Shown here: positions 34,283 through 52,814 of the stretch, in pieces
Position numbering within the stretch: the first letter of the stretch is position 1
Layout of the letters: each line of letters starts with the position of its first letter
Origin: the human T2T-CHM13v2.0 reference genome, Homo sapiens
Assembly (NCBI RefSeq): GCF_009914755.1
Contig: NC_060927.1
Strand: one strand, 5' to 3'
Length of the DNA stretch: 64,000 nt
Notes under the pieces: model-generated
Seen by the model: the letters and a program-made list of their open reading frames with translations, nothing else
Databases searched by the model: none
What the model was told of the DNA's origin: nothing
Translations under genes and position numbers: made by a program

Positions 34283-36282
34283 TCTAGGGTTTTTATGGTT
34301 TTAGGCTTTAGGTTTGAGTCTTTAATCCATCTGGAGTTAATTTTTGTATAAGGTGTAAGGAAGGGGTCCAGTTTCAGTTTTCTGTATACGGCTAGCCGGT
34401 TTTCCCAGCACCATTGATTAAATAGGGAATTCTTTCCCCATTGCTTGTTTTTGTCAGCTTTGTCAAAGATCAGATGGTTGTAGATGTGTGGTATTATTTC
34501 TGAGGCCTCTGTTGTGTTCCACTGGTCTATATATCTGTTTTGGTGCCAGTATCATGCTGTTTTGGTTACTATAGCCTTGTGGTATAGTTTGAAGTCAGGC
34601 AGCTTGATGCCTCCAGCTTTGTTCTTTTGGCTTAGGATTGTCTTGGCTATATGGGCTCTTTTTTGGTTCCATATGAAACTTAAAGTAGCTTTTTTTCTAA
34701 TTCTGTGAAGAAAGTAGCTTGATGGGAATAGCATTGAATCTATAAATAGCTTTGGGCAGTATGGCCATTTTCACGATATTGATTCTTCCTATCCATGAGC
34801 ATGGAATGTTTTTCCATTTGTTTGTGTCCTCTTTTATTTCTTTGAGCAGTAGTTTGTAGTTCTCATTGAAGTGGTCCTTCACGTCCCTTGTAAGTTGGAT
34901 TCCTAGGTATTTTATTCTCTTTGAAGCAATTGTGAATGGGAGTTCACTCATGATTTGGCTGTCTGTTTGTCTATTATTGGTGTATAGGATTGCTTGTGAT
35001 TTTTGCACATTGATTTTGTATCCTGAGACTTTGCTGAAGTTGCTTATCAGCTGAAGGAGATTTTGGGCTGAGACCATAGGGTTTTCTAAATATACAATCA
35101 TGTCATCTGCAAGCAGAGACAATTTGGCTTTCTCTTTTCCTATTTGAATACCCTTTATTTCTTTCTCTTTCCTGATTGCCCTGGCCAGAACTTCCATTCA
35201 GGACATAGGCATGGACAAAGATTTCGTGACTACAACACCAAAAGCAATTGCAACAAAAGCCAACATTGACAAATGTGATCTAATTAAACTAAAGAGCTTC
35301 TGCACAGCAAAAGAAACTATTGTCAGAGTGAACAGGCAACATACAGAGTAGGAGAAAATTTTTGCAATCTATCCACCTGACAAAGGGCTAATATCTAGAA
35401 TCTACAAGGAACTTAGACAAATTTACAAGAATAAAACAGCCCCATCAAAAAGTGGGCAAAGCTGTGAACAGACACTTCTCAAAAGAAGTGGCCAAAAAAC
35501 ATATGAAAAAAGCTCATCATCACTGGTCATTAGAGAAATGCAAATCAAAACCACAATGAGATACCATCTCAGGCCAGTTAGAATGGCAATCATTAAAAAG
35601 TCAGGAAACAACAGATGCTGGAGAGAATGTGGAGAAATAGAAAACTTTTACACTGTTGGTGGGAGTGTAAATTAGTTCAACCATTGTGGAAACAGTGTGG
35701 CGATTCCTCAAGGATCTAGAACCAGAAATACCATTTGACCCAGCAATCCCATTATGGGGTATATACCCAAAGGATTATAAATCTTTCTACTATAAAGACA
35801 CATGCACACATATGTTTATTGAAGCACTATTTACAATAGCAAAGACTTGGAACCAACCCAAATACCCATCAATGATAGACTGGATAAAGAAATGTGGCAC
35901 ATATACAGCATGGAATACTATGCAGACATAAAAAAGAATGAGTTCATGTCCTTTGCAGGGAAATGGATGAAGCTGGAAACCATCATTCTCAGCAAACTAA
36001 CACAGGAACAGAAAACCAAACACCACATGTTCTCATTCATAAGTGGGAGTTAAACAATGAAAACACATGGTCACAGGGAGGGGAACATCACACACCGAGG
36101 CCTGTCGGGGGGTGGGGGGAAAGGGGAGGGAGAGTATTAGGACAAATACCTAATGCATGTGGGGGTTAAAACCTAGAAGACAGGTTTATAGGTACAGCAA
36201 ACCACCATGGTGCATGTATACCTATGTAACAAACCTGCACATTCTGCACATGTATCCCAGAACTTAAAGTAAAATTTTTTTT
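34283..36282 (+). mobile_element. 5'-truncated, 5'-inverted (twin-primed) L1, L1PA7/8-like
   Basis: Inverted ORF2 segment on - at 34283-35196; sense segment from 35194 to the 3'UTR at 36282. TSD aagatgcttctgttct (34267-34282) / aaaatgcttctattct (36283-36298). Confidence 0.9.
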
Positions 36283-36654
36283 AAAATGCTTCTATTCTAT
36301 CTTTTTAAACTCCAAGCACTTAAAGTACTTTCATTGTATATTTAAGTTATGCAACAAAAAGTTTAATACTATAATGACAGAATACATGGTAGAGATATAG
36401 AACCAATTTTAATCTATGTTACACAGCCAAAATATAAAAAAATGAATCTTATACTTAATAAATATCTTTTGAAATTTTTGGCTAACTACTAAAATTATGA
36501 CTAAGTCTTAAAAGAACAAGGACTTAACTATATTCATGTGGTTTAGAAAATAAAGGAATTGTTGCTCATCTTCATTTGTTAATCTACACGCTTGTATTCC
36601 TTTGTATTAAGAGTTAATCATTATATGTATGCTGCCTTCCTCCTCTTGGCACAG

Positions 36655-36825
36655 ACCATGTAAATGGACACTGCACAAGTCCAACTTCTCAGAGTTGCAG
36701 TTCTGGAAAACGTCTTTCTAGTGCCGATGTTTCAAAAGTAAATCGCTGGGGTCCTGGAAGACCACCATTTCGAAAGGCCCAGTCAGCAGCCTGCATGGAG
36801 ATTTCTTTACCAGTTACAACAGAAG
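36655..36825 (+). CDS. STXBP5L: STXBP5L (tomosyn-2) internal coding exon, 171 nt, hypervariable region
   Basis: Acceptor ccttcctcctcttggcacag and donor AG|gtatgt. Open frame (D)HVNGHCTSPTSQSCSSGKRLSSADVSKVNRWGPGRPPFRKAQSAACMEISLPVTTE, phase 1-1, in frame with the next exon. Missed by the ORF track. Confidence 0.9.
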
Positions 36826-37772
36826 GTATGTTAAACATATTAAATTTTTTTGTTACAGTTAAAATTTGGTTTACAATGGTAATGGGAACAGAGATATGGG
36901 ATGGAGATCACATATGAAAGATGTTAAAAAACTACTAATCAGTGAATACCTGAGAGCCTGATGGGGCTGTGGCCATAACTCCAACTCCATTCCTCACTCC
37001 ACCTCCTTCCTCACCTCTAAAACCAGAATGCCTCTGCTTATAGGTAACTACCCCCTCCTCTGTACAAAGGGAGACCTATGCCTAAATCTGTTCCCTACCC
37101 TTCCCATAATAATTAAGAGTTTATTTCAATCCCAATGGTAAGCTTTTTGGTGTCTCTATCTGTAGATATTTAATGTATTGCAACCTTAATTTCCTCAATT
37201 GTCAAATGAATGTGACCAAGAACAAAGGCAAGATATTAAATTCTAAAGTTTGCAATTTTCATCTTCATATATTTTTAAAAGGAAGGTCTATTTGCTTATT
37301 TATGGAATGAGTGTGGGGCGGTGGGGGAGGGGAGTAAATTACAAGAGCCAGAGACCAGAAATTTTTACAGAGGCAAAAAAAGGGAATTTTGTAACTTTGC
37401 TGCAACTGTCTTATTGATAAGGAACTTTAGAGAAAGAGATAGGAAAAAAATAATTTTAGGAAGATTTGCTATAGTAATTCTATGCTGTGAAGTAAGTCTC
37501 TATTTACTACTCCTGAAAACTTTTGACAGTGATCTATATTGGTCTTCAAATTTAAAAAAATTATATTTAAGTTTTTGGTTTTTTAAATATTATGCTATAC
37601 TAAATCTGATCCCTTAGATATGCAGATAATGATGTTATTTCTCTAACAGGTGTCTGTGAGTATCAACTTTGTATGGTGATGAACCATGAATGGAAAAGAT
37701 TTGGAGCCATATAATATCTAGCATGTTATAAAAGAAGCAATATGTAATGATTATAAAAGAAGTAGCCCCCTT

Positions 37773-38049
37773 TTAATTTTTATTTTTTAAAGAGTTAGGA
37801 TCTCATTCTGTTGCTGAGGTTGGATTACAGTGGCATAATCATAGTGCACTGCAGCCTCTAACTCCTGAACTTAAGTGATGCTCCTGCCTCAGCCTCCCAA
37901 GCAGCTGGAGGTACAGGTGCACACCACCACATCCAGCTTATTTTTCAGTTTTTGTAGAGACAGTGTCTCACTAAGTTGCCCAGGGTAGTCTTGAACTCCT
38001 GGCCTCAAGCACTGGGGTTACAGACAGGCATTAGCCACCACAACCAGCC
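37773..38049 (-). mobile_element. AluJ with an internal deletion in the left monomer
   Basis: Diverged Alu sequence flanked by agaagtagc on both sides. Confidence 0.85.
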
Positions 38050-38984
38050 AGAAGTAGCACTCTCAATCACTGTAATGAGAGGTGGGAATTTTGAATTTTA
38101 GATACTTCTACCTCTAATTTGTCCTGGATTCTGGGAAAATTACTAAACTCTAAGTTTGTCTCCAAATCTGTAAAACATATAACCTCCAAGCTCCCTCTCA
38201 TCTCTAAATTTTATGACAAACAATTATTTTTATAAATTTGCTAAGAGATAAAAAGGAGAAATTAGGAATACTATATTTTGTTTCCTAGAAAAAAGTCTGA
38301 GGAGCCTGTATTTATCCTCTTTCTATAAAAACAATTATGAGTTACATGTGTACCTATCAAGAGGGAAAAGAGAGTGAAGGCTGTAGAAAGAAAAATCTGA
38401 AGAACTTGTACTCTGGAGAGATTATAAGAGCAGGACAACCTTGATAACATTTCACTGAGCTGTATGAGTTTATGCTTATTGGAGCGTGCACATGTACAAG
38501 TGTTGATGAGAGGAGAACCTGAAACCATCCTGTTTTTTTTTTTAAGTGAGCTGAAGCACTCTCAGAAAGATTACCACTATCAACAGGATGGCATATAGTC
38601 TGTACTCTTTGTTTAGCCCTAGGCAAAGTTAGGACTGCATTTGAATTAAAGGTAACAGCCTGAAACCAGTTCAGGGAGATAAAATTTGCATTTTGGCCTT
38701 GGTAGAAATGTTAATTTTTAGAATTGTAATTACCCCAGATATAGAATATGTTTGCCGCAGAAGATTTGTGATCCTGATAAGCCCTTTCATGCCAATCGCC
38801 ACAGTATTGTCATTGGAACTGACAAGAAACTGTTAGGGATTCTTCCAACAATTCAGAGGTAGGAGGGAAGCACAATTTAAGTGATGTCAGAAATTCTTGT
38901 AACCATTACTATTTAGACTAAATCTTTTCTCTAGGTAAAAGAATTTCAACAAACTTGTGAGTTAACGTAGAGAAAGAAAAATGG

Positions 38985-39105
38985 TGAGCTGGAGCTCAGG
39001 AGCCTCCAATTCTAGTCCTAGGTCTGCCTAAGCTTATGAATTATACTTCTAGACTTCAGTTTCTCCATCTTCAAAATAAGCTGGTGAACTGGATAAGCTC
39101 CCTCT
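38985..39105 (+). mobile_element. MIR fragment
   Basis: ttctagtcctaggtctgcc...cttcagtttctccatcttcaaaat core. Confidence 0.55.
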
Positions 39106-39190
39106 CAGGTCAATTAACAAACAATGAAATTTTACTTCCTCCTCATAATTTTGATTTATATATATTAAATCTGATGTTATTGTGGAAATA

Positions 39191-39197
39191 TACTAAC
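39191..39197 (+). promoter_or_regulatory. Consensus branch point TACTAAC
   Basis: Perfect TACTAAC with the branch A at 39196, followed by a T-rich tract and the AG at 39229-39230. Confidence 0.7.
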
Positions 39198-39230
39198 AAT
39201 TTGTGTGGTTTTTTTTATTTATTTCCATAG

Positions 39231-39470
39231 AAAACCGAGAAAATTCCTATAATCGTTCTAGAAGCTCTAGTATCTCCAGTATTGACAAAGATTCTAAAGA
39301 AGCAATTACAGCACTATACTTCATGGACTCCTTTGCACGGAAAAATGACTCTACCATCTCTCCTTGTCTGTTCGTTGGAACCAGTCTGGGAATGGTGTTA
39401 ATCATCTCCTTAAACCTACCATTAGCAGATGAACAAAGGTTTACAGAGCCAGTCATGGTATTGCCAAGTG
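39231..39470 (+). CDS. STXBP5L: STXBP5L (tomosyn-2) internal coding exon, 240 nt
   Basis: Acceptor tttatttccatag and donor TG|gtaaga. Encodes (E)NRENSYNRSRSSSISSIDKDSKEAITALYFMDSFARKNDSTISPCLFVGTSLGMVLIISLNLPLADEQRFTEPVMVLPS(G), a tomosyn/Lgl-family segment; phase 1-1. Confidence 0.95.
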
Positions 39471-40937
39471 GTAAGAGTTTGTATTCATTCATTCCTTCAC
39501 TGTTACTTTTTCAAATTTAGATATAAGGTATTATAAACATAAATTTGTATTGATTTGGAGCAAAGGTTATAAGTATTCTGCACAATGGGAACTATTAAGA
39601 ATTTTATACATCATATACCATCCCAACATCTGTCATGTTGTAACTTTCCTTTGGGGTAAAAGAGTACAACCATTTCTTCGGTAGTAAACTGTGTAAGTGC
39701 CAACCTGAACAATGACATGGGAAATAAGTTCCTGAAAAGCACTGAGGAAAACCTTAATGCAAAACTTAAATTTATTTTTAACAAATTGAAGCATTACCCA
39801 AAGTTCCATGCCAGATCAGAGCATGAGTGTTTTTACATCATCCTTGAAGAACTCAGAATAATTAAGCTAGAAGCTATCTGACCTAAGGTGGATTTCTAAA
39901 GACTTTTATAACCTTCCCATCTTGTTTCAAAAGCATGCCACACAATTTCTTTCCTTTTCATGCTAGTGCCTAGAGAATTTGACCAATGTTGTAAGTATTG
40001 TTGCCAAGCATATGTTGTATTCTCTTCCTCCTTGAATTATCTTTTTTTTTTGAAGAAGAGATAAGTATGATTCCTCCTGTTATTCCTAATTTGTTCTTAT
40101 CACTAATTTTATTGTTTCCCTGTTTCCTATATAAGAAATTTTCAGATAGTTTTTAAGTCAAAAAATTTCATTACTCTGCAGGATAAGGGTTTTATTTTAA
40201 AAGGATATATATTATATAGAAGGTTACACTTGTGTTTTCTTTAACTAGTGTGCTAAGTTCATATGACAAGATTGTAGGTAGAATAGTCAGTTCTCTACTA
40301 ATGTGGCAAATTCAGATTTGTGTTTTAAAAGTTAATCGTGATGACAATTTTATTTTAACATATAGTTCACAATGAAAAATATATTTTACTATATTCCTAA
40401 TTATAAAGAAATATACACAATTCTTTTGACTGGTGAGTTAGTTGGAGTCAAATCAGTGATACCATAATGAATTATTAATTATTAATTCAATTCATTATTT
40501 AACTCAATAAAAGATTATATATATTGGACATCTAATATGTACCGGGCATTCCTCACAAGTTTAAAGGTACAGTCAGCTTCCACTGTCACACAAGTTTAAA
40601 GCTGTAAGTGAAAGACAATTTCGTAATTAGAAATATTCTAACAATTGTGGTTTTCTGTATCACAAGCATAGAAATAAGCAATCCCTGGACTAATAAAGCA
40701 GATCTCTCAATATTATAGGGAAATTCTTTGTCATTCTTAGCACATATACTTAGACCAAAAAATGATGACAAAATACAAAATAAGTATAGATTTAACTTTT
40801 GACACTATTTTGTAAATATTTGAAAACTTTTTCTTTATCTATTTAATAAGATTTAATGGGAAGCTATCTTCTCCAAGTCTCTATGTCACTATTCTTTCAA
40901 GACTCTAGTTAATAATATGTGTCAACATCAGTTCATT

Positions 40938-41352
<415 letters not shown>

Positions 41353-42034
41353 AATTAATTAAATCAAATGTGCCACACTTATACAAGATGTTAATAATAA
41401 AGGAAATGACAGAAGGGGTATGTGGGAACTCTTTATACTATCTGTTAAATTTTCTTTAAATCTGAAACTGCTGTTAAAAATACACTCTATTAATTTGTTG
41501 AATAAAGATGTATATAAAGGAGAAAGCCATGAGTCTGGGTTCCCATGTTTGTTCTGTAATTAACCATTACAAGAAAGAAAGTCTACTTGGGAGCCATAAT
41601 TTATGGCAGTAAAAAGAAAGGAGGGAAAAGATAAGGGTGACAGAAATCTTGTTTAAATTTAAAGTAGAAAATTTTGTGCTTCCTCTTTCAGAGCCTACTT
41701 ATTGACTAACTGTCCCGGTCTTCACTCTCCTTGCCATATTTATTTTCTTTCCTATACCCATGAGTCTCTGCCCAAGCTTATGGGAACTATTATGGGTACT
41801 GTTTATGTTATTATGGTTGCTGCCATAGCTTATGGGAACCATTAAAGAAGGTTTGGATTTAGGGGCATTTAGCACTTGTCCATTGTCAGTGCTGAAGTGA
41901 GTGACATGCTCTCTGACCTTGAATGCATCTTTTTTCCTGTGAGAACGTTGTTAAATAAACTTTTGTTAGTCGGCCTAGGAAAATTCATGAGTCAAATAGT
42001 TTCCTTAGACTTGAAAACAGTCTACTTTGAAATT

Positions 42035-42600
42035 TATCCACTCATTCAACAAACATTTACCAAGCCCATACCACCGAAATAAGCACTGGGGATACAGTGG
42101 TCCCTGTTTTCGGAGACTTGTAGGGAAAAACAAAATTAAACACAAAATTACAATAAAGAAAGTATAATAATGGAAATTACACTAAGAGAAATAAAGAATA
42201 CCATGGCAGCATGGCAGGGGGATTTGGGGAAGAGCTCCCTAACAAAGATGACATCTGAAGTGGAAGTTGGACAAGTTTGGGAGGAAGTGTACAGTACTGG
42301 CGTTTAAGAGTAATTCAGAGGCTGGGCGCAGTGGCTCACAATTGTAATCTCAGCATTTTCGAAGACCAAAGTGAGAGGAATGCTAGAGCCCAGGAGTTCA
42401 AGACCAGCCTGGGCAACACTGGGAGACCCTGTCTCTAGAAAAAAAATTTTTTTGAAAGACTAAAGTCAGTACAGTGTGAGTAAAAATCTAGAAGTAAGAG
42501 AGGACATGGCATAGCTGGAGACTGTAGATAGAATGATACTAAATGAGGATGGAAAAATAGGCAGGGAATGATTATACAGTGCCTTATAAATCGTGAAGAA
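42035..42600 (-). mobile_element. L2 fragment interrupted by a + strand FLAM/Alu monomer (42320-42446)
   Basis: cactcattcaacaaacatttac is an antisense L2 3' end. The monomer runs ggctgggcgcagtggctcac...gaccctgtctctagaaaaaaa. Confidence 0.65.
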
Positions 42601-43064
42601 GGAAAAGACTACCTAGTAGATTATTTTTTCAGTACAAAACTTGTGATGCAAAACATTGGGTTTTTTTTCAAGATCTAGTTATTAAATTTTAAATTTTATA
42701 ATTGTTAAAATCAAAATATAAAGGAAAAAAATGAAAATTCTGCCACTAGCAAACTTTGTCCCTTCTCTGTCCCCGTCCCCATCCTCATTTCCTCCCCTAG
42801 GAATTTTACTCTCCACTAGCAACTTGGTGAGAAATTTGTTAAAACTCATTTTAAGTTTTATTTATTTCTACTTAACTCTTTATGCTGCCAACTATAAATT
42901 ATTCTATAATGATCAGTTCTGCCATACAAAGTACCTAGCATGCTTTGTAACATATATAATATATATGTGTATATATAAAATATATATCTCTCATAATCAA
43001 ACTCAAGATTTAAATTCATGATTAAAGTCAAGATTCTCCAGAATAAATTCATTCTCCTTACCCC

Positions 43065-43488
43065 AGTGGTAGATGCTTTTTCATTGCTATAAATGAATAC
43101 CTGAGATTGGGCAACTTATAAAGAGAAGAGGTTTAATTGGCTAATAGCTCTTCAGGCTGTACAGGAATCATGGTGCTGACATTTGCTTAGCTTCTGGTGA
43201 GGCCTCAGGAAGCTTCCAGTCATGGTGGAAGGCAAAGAGGGAACAGGCACATTACATGGCAAGAGGAAAAGCAAGAGAGAGAGGAGGGAGGTACCACATA
43301 ATTTTAAATAACCAGATCTTATGTGAACTAGCACAGAGAGAACTCACTAATCGCCAAGGAGATGGCGCTAAGCCATTCATTAGGGATCCATCCTCATGAT
43401 CTAATACGTCCCATTAGGCCCTACCTCCAACATTGGAGATTACATTTCAACATGAGATTTGGAGGGAACAAACATCCAAACCATATCA
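43065..43488 (-). mobile_element. MST (MSTB-like) solo LTR
   Basis: ttgctataaatgaatacctgagattggg...ggaacaaacatccaaaccatatca. Confidence 0.85.
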
Positions 43489-44336
43489 ACTTCCAAACTA
43501 GTTATTTTTAACACTCTTTCATTTCTGTTAGTAGTAGAATATTAACAGAAATGTAATTAATAGCCATCATACTACCTAAATAGCCTCCATAACTTCAATT
43601 TTTTTCTTCTGATCCCTTTTACTCACTGCCTTCATACTGGTCATATACCAGTATTATTTTCATCATTGAATTTTCACTTTTGGACCTACCCTGTCTACTC
43701 TAGAGTTGTCCCAGCCTTACTCCCTAAGTCAAACTTATTTTCCAGCATTCAATTCCATTAAAGTCCATTTCTCCATTGAAGAACTAGTAAATTAATTTAT
43801 ATAAATATGAAAATAGGTTAATGTGCTTTCTTATGGATATAATATAAAACTGGTTAATAGGCTTTGTCTGGAAATTATTTAATTGAAATTAGAATGATAT
43901 TATTTTTAATGCTAAGTCTAAACCTTGATGAAAAACTTTATTAAAGTATTATTTAGTTAAGGTCTTTTGATATAAGATGGGTATATTTCAAATATACTTA
44001 TGAAATTCACACATTTTATCTCTTCTAAACTGCAATAAGAACTAATACAATAATAACATTGTAAAATCAAACATAATCATTATATTTGACTGAACAAGAA
44101 TAATAAAGGCCTCATACACAATAGTCAACATATATACTCCCCATTTATAGGTTTCAATATTTAGCACCTTTTGGAGTTACCAGTATCTCTTATTCTATTT
44201 CATATGTTCAAGTGTACCCATTGTTTAGCTCCACCTTATAAGTGAGAACATGTAGTTTTTGACTTTCTCAGTCATTTTATTTAGGATAACAGCCTCCAGC
44301 TGCATTCACATTGCTGCAAAGGGCAATAATTTCATT

Positions 44337-50481
<6,145 letters not shown>

Positions 50482-50705
50482 GCAGTCTTTACATTCTTTT
50501 ATATAGCAATTGAAAGGAATCCTTGGCATTTAGACCTTCCATTCCCCAGCTCCACCATTCTTTTCCAGCCTTATAGTCTTTGACCTTTCACTACATATCC
50601 TGGGCCCTAGACAAACCAAACTCCTTGTCATTCACTTAATAAGCCCAGTGTGTAGTCAAGTATAAAGCAATGATTTCATTTTATTATGACTGAGTAGTAT
50701 TTCAT

Positions 50706-50708
<3 letters not shown>

Positions 50709-50738
<30 letters not shown>
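50709..50738. repeat. (TA)n microsatellite
   Basis: About 15 perfect AT units. Confidence 0.9.
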
Positions 50739-50741
<3 letters not shown>

Positions 50742-52520
50742 ATTTTTAATCCAATTGCCCATTGATAGACACTTAGGTTTATCCCATGACTTTGCTATTG
50801 TAAGTAGTGCTGCAATAAACATACACGTGCTTGTGTCTTTTTGATATGATTATTTCTTTTCTTTTGTATAAATAGCAGGTAGTGGGATCACTTGATCAAA
50901 AGATAGTTCTATTTTTAGTTATTTGAGACATCTCCATATTGCTTTCCATAGAAGTTGTACTAAACTAATTCCCACCAATACTGTATAAGCGTTCCCTTTT
51001 CTCTGCATCTTTGCCAAAGTCTATTTTTTTATTTTTTATTAATAGCCATTCTGACTGGTATAAGATGGTATCTTATTATGGTTTTAATTTTCATTTCTCT
51101 CATGATTAATGATGTTGAGCATTTTTTTTTTTCGTTTCTTGGCCATTTGTATGTGTTGTTTTGAAAAGTGCCTGTTCATGTATTTTGCTCACTTTTTAAT
51201 GGGGTTATTTGTGTTTTCCTTTTTGAATTGCTTGAGTTCCTTGCAGATTCTGGGTATTAGCCCTTTGTCAGATGCATTGTTGGCAAATATTTTTCCCATT
51301 CCTCAAGTTGTTTATTCACTCTGTTGTTTATTTCTTTTTCTGTGCATAAGCTTTTCAGTTTAATTAAGTCCTATTTGTCTATTTTTAGTTTTGCCGCATT
51401 TGCTTTTGAGGTCTTAGTCACGAATTCTTCACCTAAGCCAATGTCCACACAAGAGTTTTTGCTAGGTTTCCTTCTAGCATTTTTATAGTTTCAGGTCTTA
51501 CATTTAAATCTGTAATTCACCTTGAGTTACTTTTTGTATATGTTGAGAGATATGGGTCCAGTTTTATTCTCCTGCATATGGTTATACAATTTTTGCAGAA
51601 CCATTTATTAAGTAAGATGTTCTTTTCTCAGTGGATGCTTTTGTTGACTTTCTCAAAGATCAGTTAGTTGTAGGTATATAGTTTTATTTCTGGGTCTTCT
51701 ATTCTCTTCCATTTATCTATCTATGTTTATACGAGTACTCTGCTGTTTTGGTTATTATAGCCTTGTAGTATAATTTGAAGTCAGGCAATGTGATACCTGC
51801 AGCTTCATTCTTTTTGCTTAGGATTTCTTTGGCTATTCAGACTGTTTTGGTTCCATATGAATTTTAGAATTATTTTTTCTACTTCTGTGAAGAATGCTGT
51901 TGGCAAATTGATAGGAATTGTGTTGAATCTGTAGATTGTTTTGGGCAGTATGGTCATTTTAATGATATTGATTCTTCCAATCTATGAGTATGGGATGTTT
52001 TTTCATTTGTTTGTGTCATCTCAATTTCTTTCACTAGTGTTTTTTAAATTTTCCGTGTAGCAATCTTTCACCTCCTTGATTAATGTATTCCTAGGTATTT
52101 TTAATAGCTGTTATAAATGGGATTGATTTCTTCTTTTGGTTCTCAGCTTGATCATTATTAGTGTATAAAAGTGGTACTGATTTTTATACATTGATTTTTA
52201 TATACTGAAACTTTGCTGAGGTCATTTATCAAATCTAGGAGTCTTTTGAAGGAGTCTTTAGGGTTTTCTAGTTATAAGATCATATAATCAGTGAACAGCA
52301 ATAATTTGACTTCCTTTCTTCCAATTTGAATGCCTTTTTTTTTTCTCTTGCCTGATTGCTCTGGTTAGGACTTGCATAGGAGTGGTGAAAGTATACATCC
52401 TTATCTTGTTCCAGTTTTTAGAGGGAATGCTTTCAACATTTCCCTGTTCAGTATGATGTTGGCTATGAGTTTGTCATATATGACTTTTATTATTTTGAAG
52501 CATATTCTTTGTATGTCTAG

Positions 52521-52814
<294 letters not shown>

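Noticed and set aside
38271-38640. Possible extra exon or antisense ORFs between the two STXBP5L exons
   Set aside because: There is no convincing splice-site pair or recognisable protein similarity, and the flanking exons already join in frame.
39203-39520. 105-aa stand-alone ORF
   Set aside because: Only 39231-39470 is exonic; the ends are polypyrimidine tract and intron read-through.
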